Assembly (NCBI GenBank): GCA_964452145.1
Contig: CAYVLA010000006.1
Coordinates: 19,876-83,875, forward strand
Source: Candidatus Hadarchaeota archaeon
GTDB taxonomy: Archaea > CAYQAE01 > CAYVLA01
Direction of reading: 5' to 3'
DNA length: 64,000 nt
Positions 29,464 to 38,053 of this stretch are shown here, in pieces (positions within the stretch are counted from its first letter, which is position 1; each line of letters starts with the position of its first letter). The notes under the pieces were generated by a model. The model was not told where the DNA came from. It worked only from the letters and a program-made list of their open reading frames with translations, and made no database searches. A program made the position numbers and the translations under genes.

Positions 29464-30723
29464 TCAGCGGCCGCTGGAATCCCGAGACACCGCTTCGCTG
29501 AGCCGGGTGCTCTCAACCGGCCTGTACAGTCTTCTTCTGACCATGAGACTCCACACAGTCACGCTGCAGATCAGGACTGTGGAGGAAACGGCGATCCATT
29601 CGAAGACGAATATCCACAGAAGGGTCCTTCTCTTCAGATCCGCAAGATGGTCCTCGATGATGGGATAGGCCTCCATGACCGCGCGGAGGAGTTCGGACGC
29701 CAATGCGATATCCCCTGTCAGGTACTTCCGCTCCGCTTCCGAGACGGCGGGGCCAAGGAGTCTGAGTTCCTCCTCGATCCGGTCCAGCCTAGCTCCCAAC
29801 TTGTCAACGAATTCCATCGTCGACAGCGTCACCGACTTCCGCGTACGCACATCGATGAAGAGCTCCCTGGTCCTGTGGGCAAGCTCAAGGTCCTCGGGGG
29901 GAAGAATATCTGCAAGGAAGTAGATCTGGTTGTATGTCAGGTCGGGCATGTACCTGTAGTTCTGGAATACGTGTTCGGGCGGATTGTGCCAGCCCTGTCC
30001 CAGCTGTAGCGTCCTTCCCGATCCATAGGTGCCTGTGACCAGAACCGGCGTATTCCTGCCCTTCCATATCGCGTGGACCACGCTGCCCGGCCTAGGCCAT
30101 ATGTCGCCGCCGTGGTTGCCCAGTACCTGCATGGGCTGTTTCTCGATATCGGGTAGGTTGAGTATCGGATCCTTCTTCACCACGGTCCAGTAGGTTCTTC
30201 CCATCTGTGATGGCACATCCGTGCCTAGATCGACGTCGGCAGGAAACACGTCATAGAATGCAAGGTCCATCCAGATCCCGATCTGATTGCTGCCCGCACC
30301 GGCCCCCCAGAACATGAAGCAGATGAGCCCCACACCCAGCCCCTCTTCCTCGAGAGCTCGGTGAATGAAGCCCAGAACATTGCTCGGGATGATGGTGGGA
30401 GAGATGTTGTGGATTATCACGGCATCATAGCTCCCGTTCAGGGCCTGGTATGTCCTGGGCAGGTACAGCCGGGTCATCTTCTGGGCCACGGGGAGATCGA
30501 TGAAGTAAACGTCGCAGGGCACGACGACCATGGAGAGCTTCGGCTCCGCCATGATCCACTGGAGCACAAGCTTGTTGGGCGGGAAGGAGGCATCCCCGAG
30601 ATACAGGATCCTAGCCTTCAACGTGTGTTCATCGGTGCGCGAGAAGGCGGCGGTCAGACAGATCCAGGCCGGGCAGATGATGAATATGAGGGCAATGGCG
30701 GGTCTTGCGATCCGGGAGGCCAC
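29464..30723 (-). CDS. Membrane-anchored paralog 1 (signal peptide, GATase-I-like domain, helical stalk, C-terminal TM)
   Basis: RLYLPRTY, FVDKLGA, LLWIFVFEWIAV and LMVRRRLYRPVESTR. TTATCTA box upstream of GTG 30723. Confidence 0.8.
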   Translation of the reverse strand: MASRIARPAIALIFIICPAWICLTAAFSRTDEHTLKARILYLGDASFPPNKLVLQWIMAEPKLSMVVVPCDVYFIDLPVAQKMTRLYLPRTYQALNGSYDAVIIHNISPTIIPSNVLGFIHRALEEEGLGVGLICFMFWGAGAGSNQIGIWMDLAFYDVFPADVDLGTDVPSQMGRTYWTVVKKDPILNLPDIEKQPMQVLGNHGGDIWPRPGSVVHAIWKGRNTPVLVTGTYGSGRTLQLGQGWHNPPEHVFQNYRYMPDLTYNQIYFLADILPPEDLELAHRTRELFIDVRTRKSVTLSTMEFVDKLGARLDRIEEELRLLGPAVSEAERKYLTGDIALASELLRAVMEAYPIIEDHLADLKRRTLLWIFVFEWIAVSSTVLICSVTVWSLMVRRRLYRPVESTRLSEAVSRDSSGR

Positions 30724-30903
30724 GCAGGGACATCTGCCGGGAACCATAGATAATGATTTTCCGGATTCGAGCTGACGCAAGGTCCGCATGGCGTCCGGCA
30801 GACGTATTACGATACGAGCGACTGTTGTAGCAGGCAGGGCAGAAGACAATTCGGCGCTTTCCCAGCGTCAGCATTCGTCACCGAAATTCTGGCATTCACG
30901 GAT

Positions 30904-32031
30904 CTAGGGCGGCACCGGCCCCTTCGACACTCCCTGCCCATGCAGGACAAGTGAACGGATCTCCTTCACGCCCATTCCGGTGAGGCCAAGCTTCTCGACG
31001 GTTCTCCCTTCGCTCCAGTAGTCGGTGGCGTTCAGAAGAGACGCAACATGCACAGAAGCGTCTATCGTGGGAGTAGGCACGTTCAGCAGATCGCCCAGCG
31101 ATGACATGGGAACCAGGCTCATCGGCACATCCTCAAACACGTAGCGATGGACGAGGCTGGACGGAGCTTTGACTCCTTGGTACCCAGGGGTTGCCTGTAT
31201 GGCTTCGTAGAGAGATCTCCCGGGGGAATCGTATGCAAGGTACAACCACTGCCGGGCCGTGTGCAGGTGGACGCCCAGAGCCTCCCCCAGAGCAACTCGT
31301 TCACGATCGAGGGACTCCAAGACCCTGGCGACGGACCGGGTCACTCCCTCGATGTAGAACTCGAAATCGGTGTGTTCGTCCTCGATTCGACCCGCATTGA
31401 GAATAGCGGTCCCGGGGTGGAAGATAGCGCCTATGTTGTCCAGGCTTGTCTCCAATACGTTTGTTGCTGCGACAAACTGCGGGAACACCTTCCTGATGAC
31501 CGCAAGGATCTGCGGGGTCTTGTGAGCCGGTATGGCGGCCAGGGGGACCGAGTTCTTGATCCTGAGTATTCTGGCTCTGGCGAAGTCCTCGTGCCTCGAG
31601 ACGTAGAGCAGGGTCTGCGTCTCGGCAACGATCACATCGGCATCAACCTTTCTCTCTTCCCTTAAGACATGCAGGAACTCTACGGCTCCGAAGGTCCTGC
31701 CTGGGTTCAGAACGACGATCTGCCCGTCTTTCAGGTGCGATGCGCACTGTTCTGCCATGAACCTGTGACCCATCGCAGGGACGACGACCATAATGATGTC
31801 GGCGTCTTCCACGGCCTCCCCTATGTCGTGGGTTGCGTTGACTGCTGCCTGCCCTTTCACTGCACCGTCAACTTCGATCGCTCCGCGTGCCCGAATGTAG
31901 TCAATCCTTTCCGGACTGCGAGTGTAGACGCTCACCGGATGGCCCATGATCGCCAGATGCCCTGCCATCGCCAGGCCTCCGTGACCAGCACCCAGCACAG
32001 CGAATTTGGGATTCTTCTCAGTTGCGGACAT
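30904..32031 (-). CDS. NAD/NADP octopine/nopaline (opine) dehydrogenase family protein
   Basis: FAVLGAGHGGLAMA, LNPGRTFGA, NIGAIFHPG, FYIEG, LDRERVA and HRYVFEDVPMSLVP. Confidence 0.92.
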   Translation of the reverse strand: MSATEKNPKFAVLGAGHGGLAMAGHLAIMGHPVSVYTRSPERIDYIRARGAIEVDGAVKGQAAVNATHDIGEAVEDADIIMVVVPAMGHRFMAEQCASHLKDGQIVVLNPGRTFGAVEFLHVLREERKVDADVIVAETQTLLYVSRHEDFARARILRIKNSVPLAAIPAHKTPQILAVIRKVFPQFVAATNVLETSLDNIGAIFHPGTAILNAGRIEDEHTDFEFYIEGVTRSVARVLESLDRERVALGEALGVHLHTARQWLYLAYDSPGRSLYEAIQATPGYQGVKAPSSLVHRYVFEDVPMSLVPMSSLGDLLNVPTPTIDASVHVASLLNATDYWSEGRTVEKLGLTGMGVKEIRSLVLHGQGVSKGPVPP

Positions 32032-32269
32032 AACACGAGCCTGCAAGGTGCATATCTCCTTCCGGGCTAATATACATTCCCGGCCGGTGATCGGTGCCAT
32101 GCTGTGCAACAGAATGGGCCATCGGACAGCGCGGTTAGGACTCAGACACTGCCGAGCAGATCTACTCACCCTATCATCGACGGCACCACGGACACACGTG
32201 GTGAGCCCGAGCTCAGCCGAATGACCCATTTGACCGGAATCCGCGCGGATTGCCCCGCTCTCATTCCGC

Positions 32270-33931
32270 CTAGGAGATATCGCGCTGGACCCTTCTGATC
32301 CTTTCCCTTTCAGGCATTTTGTGAGCCGTCTTAGGGTCAACCGCGTAGCATGCTCCATCGATCATCCGTGTCTGGATCGAGCCCTTCGCATACTCGTTGC
32401 CCTTCAGATGCGGAGCGTCGAGGAGCCCCGTCTCAACCGCCCTCTTCAGAGTTGCGGGATCTGTCCACGGATCCTTCACATCCTCGTCGGCCAGACTCCT
32501 TATGGCCTCCAACAGAGTCCCCGCCTCTGCGAGCAGTTCCTCCTTCCGGGCCTGAACCCGAGGATCCAGCGTCACGTCGGGTAGTCCGCGTATGCAGTTG
32601 CTGATCACCCGTCTTGCGATCTTGCAGCTCTCCACCACATCTTCGGGTGTTGCCGCGTGGTCGGCTTCGCAGTAGCCAACTACGTGGACTATCTCGGGTC
32701 CCAAGGCCATCTGCTGCATCACGGAGGATGCAAGGTGGCCCTTTGCCTCCGACATGTCTGATGGGTAGCTGAGCAGCCCCGTTCTGGTCTGCGTATGGAT
32801 TGTGAAATCATCGTCAACCAAGCTCTGCGTTATGTCCTTCTTGGCCAATTGCTTGGCCAAGTCCATCAAGAAGGACTCTCCAGGAGGCAGGTTGAACATG
32901 CGAGTTCCCACATAGTGCCGAACTCCCATCCTCTTGGCGTTGTATGCGCTTAGGAACTCGACCGCGACGGCGATCGTGTCAGAAGAAGACCGTAGCTCCC
33001 AGTGATGGGGCTCATTCAACTCCACCGGGATGTCCCTCTCGCCATGCCATCTCATCAGTTCTTGATGAACCCTGATGGCCTCCTCAAGCGCCAGCGGGCC
33101 TCGCTTGTCCAGCCTGCTGAACCAGAAGAGAGGTATGGCAGCGAAGCAGTTCCGGATGGTTTCGACCAGCATCTCAGCCATCTCGAACAGATCGCTGGTG
33201 CCTTGGTAGCATCTCAGCAAGGGATGATTGCCGCACCGGGTCGCACTGTATAGCTCGACGAAATCGTCGCGCGTTCTGAGAGGCACGCCTCCGGCGCCCT
33301 TCCTTTGCGGGTCCTGTCTATCGGGATGGAAGAGGTTCTCCTGTGCGTCCTGATCCGGTGCAATGGATATGATGTCGACCGTCTTGGACTCCGCGATCCT
33401 CCGGATTCCTCGGAAGGTCTCTTCAAGCGACGGGAGTCCGAAATGATGCCGGATTACCGGGTAAGGCCTCTTCCACTCAATCCTGTCGACCAAGGTACTC
33501 GGGTACGATTCCGAAGCGGGGCCTGCCCGCTCCTGGGTTCTCAGATAGGATATGACGTCATCCACGGGTTCGGTTCCGTCGAAGACTGCCTCGAAGATGC
33601 CCATATCCCTGGCAACCTTGGCTACAGGAGGGGTCCCGCCGAAGGCATATTTCCTTTCAAGCAGACCAGCCTCTCTGAGCGCGTTCTTCAGGGACGCCAA
33701 ATGGTAGCTGCCCGATTCCGGGCTCAGCCTGTAGCTGACGCCGACTATGTAGGGGTCTGCCTCGCGGATTGCGCCCACGAGTTCCCTGGGAGACAGCGCG
33801 GCACCCAGGAAAGAGGTCCGGTACCCATACTGCTCCGCGAGGTTCAGGAAGTTGAAGATTCCGGCCACATGAATGTCCTCGCCTATGGCACCAGCAACAA
33901 TGATTCGTCTAGGCTTCCGCCGGGCACTCAA
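32270..33931 (-). CDS. Cobalamin-binding domain fused to a glutamate-mutase-E/aminomutase-like TIM barrel
   Basis: N-terminal GEDIHVAG (DxHxxG), VGVSYRL and FGG. The barrel start PVIRHHFGLPSLEE...DIISIAPD and GAGGVP resemble GlmE/OraE. Confidence 0.85.
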   Translation of the reverse strand: MSARRKPRRIIVAGAIGEDIHVAGIFNFLNLAEQYGYRTSFLGAALSPRELVGAIREADPYIVGVSYRLSPESGSYHLASLKNALREAGLLERKYAFGGTPPVAKVARDMGIFEAVFDGTEPVDDVISYLRTQERAGPASESYPSTLVDRIEWKRPYPVIRHHFGLPSLEETFRGIRRIAESKTVDIISIAPDQDAQENLFHPDRQDPQRKGAGGVPLRTRDDFVELYSATRCGNHPLLRCYQGTSDLFEMAEMLVETIRNCFAAIPLFWFSRLDKRGPLALEEAIRVHQELMRWHGERDIPVELNEPHHWELRSSSDTIAVAVEFLSAYNAKRMGVRHYVGTRMFNLPPGESFLMDLAKQLAKKDITQSLVDDDFTIHTQTRTGLLSYPSDMSEAKGHLASSVMQQMALGPEIVHVVGYCEADHAATPEDVVESCKIARRVISNCIRGLPDVTLDPRVQARKEELLAEAGTLLEAIRSLADEDVKDPWTDPATLKRAVETGLLDAPHLKGNEYAKGSIQTRMIDGACYAVDPKTAHKMPERERIRRVQRDIS

Positions 33932-33971
33932 GGTTCCACCTTGCTCTGATGATATTCCTCATATGGGTCCT

Positions 33972-35363
33972 TCACAGTTCACGTAAATACTTTTTCATCA
34001 TCCTCAACGAAGAATCAGGAGCAGCGAAAGAGAGCAGACCCATTGCCCACATGATGTACTCCTCGTCCACAAACAGCCTGGGCCGTTTCGGTTTGAGCAA
34101 CAGCGGGTTGTCGCCGCGAGAGCAGGCCTCCTCCAATATTCTACGCGGATTCCAGCTGTGAACTATCGGGCCTCCAGTGCCGATCACACTTCCGATGTTG
34201 CTCAGGTCTTTGCCCTCCTGTATCAGGAACGATCCGGAGGGGCTGAACATCTCCCGCAGTTTCCCAACATGCCTTGTCACGGCAACATCGACAGCGACCC
34301 GTGCCAGGGCCTGGTCGATCTGGTAATCCTCCCTTGTTCGGGGAACCCGTCCCACGTTGAGAGAAAGCTCGGCTATTCTGTCTTTGAGTTCGTCCTCGCT
34401 GATTCCGAGACCAGTCATTTCCAGGATCTTGCTGGCACCGCACACCTTCAGAAGGGAATCCACGCTGACGCGCAACCCCATATCCCCCTCAACCGTTCTC
34501 TTGGCATAGGGCTCGGGGAGGCCTCTAAGGATCGTTCTGGAATGGGTTGGGTTTCCTTCGGATACGGAGTGGATATTCGTGGTCGCTCCCCCAACCTCGA
34601 CCACCATCAGGTCTCCCAAGCCGGATTCCGCTTCAGTGCCATCTGCGAGCAACTCAGAGGCCTTCAACGTAGCCGATGGTGTGGGCAGAAGGATGTGAAC
34701 GAGGTCCTCCACCTGGCTCAGTCCCTTGGCGCGGACTATCCGCTCCAAGAATACTTCCCGGATCATCTCCCTTGCCGGCTCTATGTTCAACTCCCCAAGC
34801 TCGGGCATCACGTTCTCCGTCTCCCTCACCTCTTTTCCACTCGATCGTAGAACGCCCGCCACATCATCCCTCGCCTCCTTGTTTCCGGCCACAATTACCG
34901 GCACTTGAAGCGTAGAGCCCGCAAGAACCCGGGCATTGTGCAGGATCACCTTCGTATCGCCCCCATCGATGCCCCCGGAAAGCAGTACGATGTCCGGCTC
35001 CAAGTCCTCTATCTCCCGCAGTTCACGGATCGTCAACCCGTAGGAAAAGGCAGCCAAGACCTTTGCTCCGGCACCTAAGGACGCCCTCCTTGCAGCCTCT
35101 GCAGTGAGCTCGGGAACGAGCCCGACGGCTATCACCTTCAAGCCCCCCTTGGCGCTGCTGCAGGCGAGTTTGTGGTCGAAGCCATACGAGCTCAGCTCCG
35201 AGAACTGAGGGATCTGATCGAGGCTTTTTCTAAGGCCGTCCATTATGTCCGTGGTCGCTGTCGTCACTGCTTTCGATTCTGCAACTATCGTCTCCCTCTC
35301 CGGGTTCGCAATCACGACCTTGGTGAACGTGCTGCCGAGATCGATCAACAAGGCCAGACTCAA
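33972..35363 (-). CDS. glmL: Glutamate mutase accessory protein L (GlmL/MutL-like; actin-like ATPase fold)
   Basis: LIDLGSTFTK, LACSSAKGGL, LTAEAARRASLGAGA, LSGGIDGG, PTP, VGGATTNIHS and KRTVEGDMG. GGAGGTG RBS. Confidence 0.92.
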   Translation of the reverse strand: MSLALLIDLGSTFTKVVIANPERETIVAESKAVTTATTDIMDGLRKSLDQIPQFSELSSYGFDHKLACSSAKGGLKVIAVGLVPELTAEAARRASLGAGAKVLAAFSYGLTIRELREIEDLEPDIVLLSGGIDGGDTKVILHNARVLAGSTLQVPVIVAGNKEARDDVAGVLRSSGKEVRETENVMPELGELNIEPAREMIREVFLERIVRAKGLSQVEDLVHILLPTPSATLKASELLADGTEAESGLGDLMVVEVGGATTNIHSVSEGNPTHSRTILRGLPEPYAKRTVEGDMGLRVSVDSLLKVCGASKILEMTGLGISEDELKDRIAELSLNVGRVPRTREDYQIDQALARVAVDVAVTRHVGKLREMFSPSGSFLIQEGKDLSNIGSVIGTGGPIVHSWNPRRILEEACSRGDNPLLLKPKRPRLFVDEEYIMWAMGLLSFAAPDSSLRMMKKYLREL

Positions 35364-35884
35364 AGACTTGACACCTCCTCAGCCAGTTCGGATACCCTCG
35401 AGAGATGGGGGCTCTTGGCGAACTCCTCGCTTCTGCGCTTGACTTCCTGCAACGACAACGTTTATACGGATTTCCCTAGGACCTAGGAATATGGGACCCA
35501 GGCGCACCGGATTCGGGAAAGGCTCACATGACTTGATGGTACATGGGGCCCTCGAGCTGATCCTCGTCCCTCAATCCTAGGTCTGGACGTCCTTTTTGGA
35601 CCTTGCCGCCCCACTTCAGCCTTCTTCGTTCTCCCTTAGAATGGCCGCCCTTGCGAAGGCGATGGCTGGCTGTCAACGCTGTTAAGGATCATTCGCTCTC
35701 GCAGGCGTTCAAGGAGATCACGGGTGCGATGCCGCGTCCACGGCGCGGAGGGACTCTCCGGAAATGACACGCGAACTCGCACGCCACGCAGAAAGGGCCG
35801 GCAGGCCTTCTCCCGAAGTGGCCCCTTGCTTGGAGAAGCCAAGTAGGGAATCGGTTTATCTTCTGCAACGCGGTATATGTCCAC

Positions 35885-36415
35885 ATGCCCACGCAGAGGC
35901 TGGAGAGAGGCTTGGTCCAGGTGTACACTGGTGACGGAAAGGGTAAGACCACAGCCGCCTTCGGTTTGGCGCTGCGAGCCATAGGACATGGTATGAGGGT
36001 ATACATGGTGCAATTCCTGAAGAGGCAGGACTCCGGGGAGGTGGTCGCAGCAAAAAGGCTCTTTCCCGACCTGCAGATAGCCCAGTATGGCCGACCGGGC
36101 CCCATGGATGGAATCTTCTTCGAGGATCATCGATTGGCCAAGGAAGCCCTGCAGCGTGCAAGAGAAGTTGTATGCAGCGGGGATTACGACGTAGTCATAT
36201 TGGATGAGGTTAACGTCGCACTGCACTTCCGATTGCTCAAATCATCCGACGTACTGGAGCTGATCTCCCAGAGGCCTGACAACGTCGAACTCGTGCTCAC
36301 CGGTCGGCACGCCCCCGACGAACTGATCTCGGCCGCCCAACTGGTGACGGAGTTCGTGGAAGTAAAACATCCTCACTCACGGGACATGCAAGCACGAAGA
36401 GGCATAGACTACTGA
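35885..36415 (+). CDS. cobO: Cob(I)alamin/cob(I)yrinic acid a,c-diamide adenosyltransferase (CobO/BtuR type)
   Basis: GLVQVYTGDGKGKTTAAFG, QFLK, ILDE, ELVLTGR and KHP...GIDY. TTTATC box 30 nt upstream. Confidence 0.95.
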   Translation: MPTQRLERGLVQVYTGDGKGKTTAAFGLALRAIGHGMRVYMVQFLKRQDSGEVVAAKRLFPDLQIAQYGRPGPMDGIFFEDHRLAKEALQRAREVVCSGDYDVVILDEVNVALHFRLLKSSDVLELISQRPDNVELVLTGRHAPDELISAAQLVTEFVEVKHPHSRDMQARRGIDY

Positions 36416-36721
36416 TGCTCCGGTGCCAACGCAGTGATGATTTCTGGAACAATTATCAGAATCATGTCATTCGAGAAATCCGTCCATCAAGGTAACTGCA
36501 TACCTCACTCTCCTCACTGCTGACCAGCAACAGAACAGGAGAGCCATCTTCCAGCAACACCCCACGCCCAATCTGGCCTGGGACATCATCGCCCCAAGTC
36601 GATGAAGAGTTGTCCTAGGCCTTTGGCCGATCTCGGGTAGGGCAGACGGCTGGTGGGCTGGTCTGTTAACTATATTAGACGGGTGCCGCATCTCTCAAGC
36701 CGGGGCGGAGGAACGACAGAC

Positions 36722-37921
36722 ATGCGTCACAGGAAACATGCCCACACCCGCGTCTCCCTGACAATCGCTCTCCTGACGATGCCAGGACTCCTTCCGGTCT
36801 GCTTGGGAGCCGAGATCCCGAGGGTATACTACATCGGGGACTGCAAGCCCACCACGAGCCCGATAAACATCGTGAGCGATGATCCGGCTCTCCACGTCGT
36901 TGCGGTGCCGGCGGTGATCGGCACGGTCTGGTGGACCTCCAAGGAGGTGGCACGCGCCCTGAGACTGTATATGCCTAGGAACTACGAGGAACTGGTCGAG
37001 ACCAGGGTGCTGATCCTCCTCAGCGATGTCAAGGCCGAGAACCTGCCCGGCTTCCACATCGACTGGTTCTCGAAGGCGGTTAGACAGGACGGCATGTCGC
37101 TCATGATGTTCGGCGGGATATCCTCCTTCGGCGGGCATGCCGGATTCCCCTCAGCATGGGGCCAGACGAGCGTGGGGGAGATCCTCCCCGTTTCCCTCAT
37201 CCTTGAGGCAACCGGGCCGGGCCCGTGGACGCCGGTGGTGACTTCTCCGGACGACCCGCTCATGCTCGCGTTTCCGTGGGATTCTTGTCCGCCCTTCTAC
37301 GGGTACAACAGGGTGACCCGGAAGGAGGGAGCCAAGCTGCTTGCCCAGACCAGCAACACGGCGGAACCCTTCATGATCGTATGGGATGTTGGGCCCGGGC
37401 GGAGCTTCGCCTTCTGCACCGACTGGACGCCGGACTGGGGTAAATCCTTCCAGCTCTGGGACCCATACATCGACTTCTGCGTCTACTCGATATACTACAC
37501 GATGGGCAGGATGATACCGCGGGATATCGAGCTGGTCCACGTAGTCAGGTCCGAGATGCTCGAGAACCGGGTGAGAACGCAGGTGCTGATCTCGCTGTTG
37601 GCACTAGTCGATCAGATGGGCGGCAACGTCCTTCCGTTGGAGGAGAAGATGAGGGAAGCAGCACTCGTCCGTCGTCAGGCAGACAGCCAATACGTCCTCC
37701 AAGAATACGGTTCGGCCCTGACAACGGTCAAGCAAGCCAACTCCGACCTTGCGGCGATCGAGGGTGAGGCCGTCAGGGTCAAGGCAAGAGCCATGCTGTG
37801 GGTATGGATCGTGGAGTGGCTTGTGGTGACATCGACCCTCATGATCACCGGCGTGGCTGTCTGGAGCCTGATGGTGAGAAGAAAGCTGTATCGCGAAGTA
37901 GTGACGACGAGAAGCCCATGA
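36722..37921 (+). CDS. Membrane-anchored paralog 2 (GATase-I/DUF1355-like)
   Basis: Signal peptide, RLYMPRNY, GMSLMMFGGISSFGG, GPGRSFAFCTDWTPDWG, MLWVWIVEWLVV and LMVRRKLYREVVTTR. Confidence 0.85.
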   Translation: MRHRKHAHTRVSLTIALLTMPGLLPVCLGAEIPRVYYIGDCKPTTSPINIVSDDPALHVVAVPAVIGTVWWTSKEVARALRLYMPRNYEELVETRVLILLSDVKAENLPGFHIDWFSKAVRQDGMSLMMFGGISSFGGHAGFPSAWGQTSVGEILPVSLILEATGPGPWTPVVTSPDDPLMLAFPWDSCPPFYGYNRVTRKEGAKLLAQTSNTAEPFMIVWDVGPGRSFAFCTDWTPDWGKSFQLWDPYIDFCVYSIYYTMGRMIPRDIELVHVVRSEMLENRVRTQVLISLLALVDQMGGNVLPLEEKMREAALVRRQADSQYVLQEYGSALTTVKQANSDLAAIEGEAVRVKARAMLWVWIVEWLVVTSTLMITGVAVWSLMVRRKLYREVVTTRSP

Positions 37922-38053
37922 TTGCTTGGCGCACGTTCAGCCACTCCTCGGGCTTCAGACGACAGGAGTTCTCACACATCGGGAGGATTCCTGGAAGTGC
38001 AGCCCAGAACTTGTCCGCACAGAGAAGCTCAACGTCGTGGACCACGGATGCCA

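Noticed and set aside
32032..32358. Long N-terminal extensions in the ORF track (opine DH, glutamate synthase, AGE, several paralogs)
   Set aside because: They are low-complexity, contain promoter-like boxes or overlap neighbours, and precede the recognisable family start.
32270..33931. Methionine synthase or methyltransferase corrinoid protein
   Set aside because: No cap, pterin-binding, homocysteine-binding or activation domains; the glmL and adenosyltransferase context points to AdoCbl chemistry.
35364..35884. Cobalamin riboswitch between glmL and cobO
   Set aside because: No B12-box or GCCACTG/GGGAAG core is recognisable; only TATA-like boxes and short palindromes.
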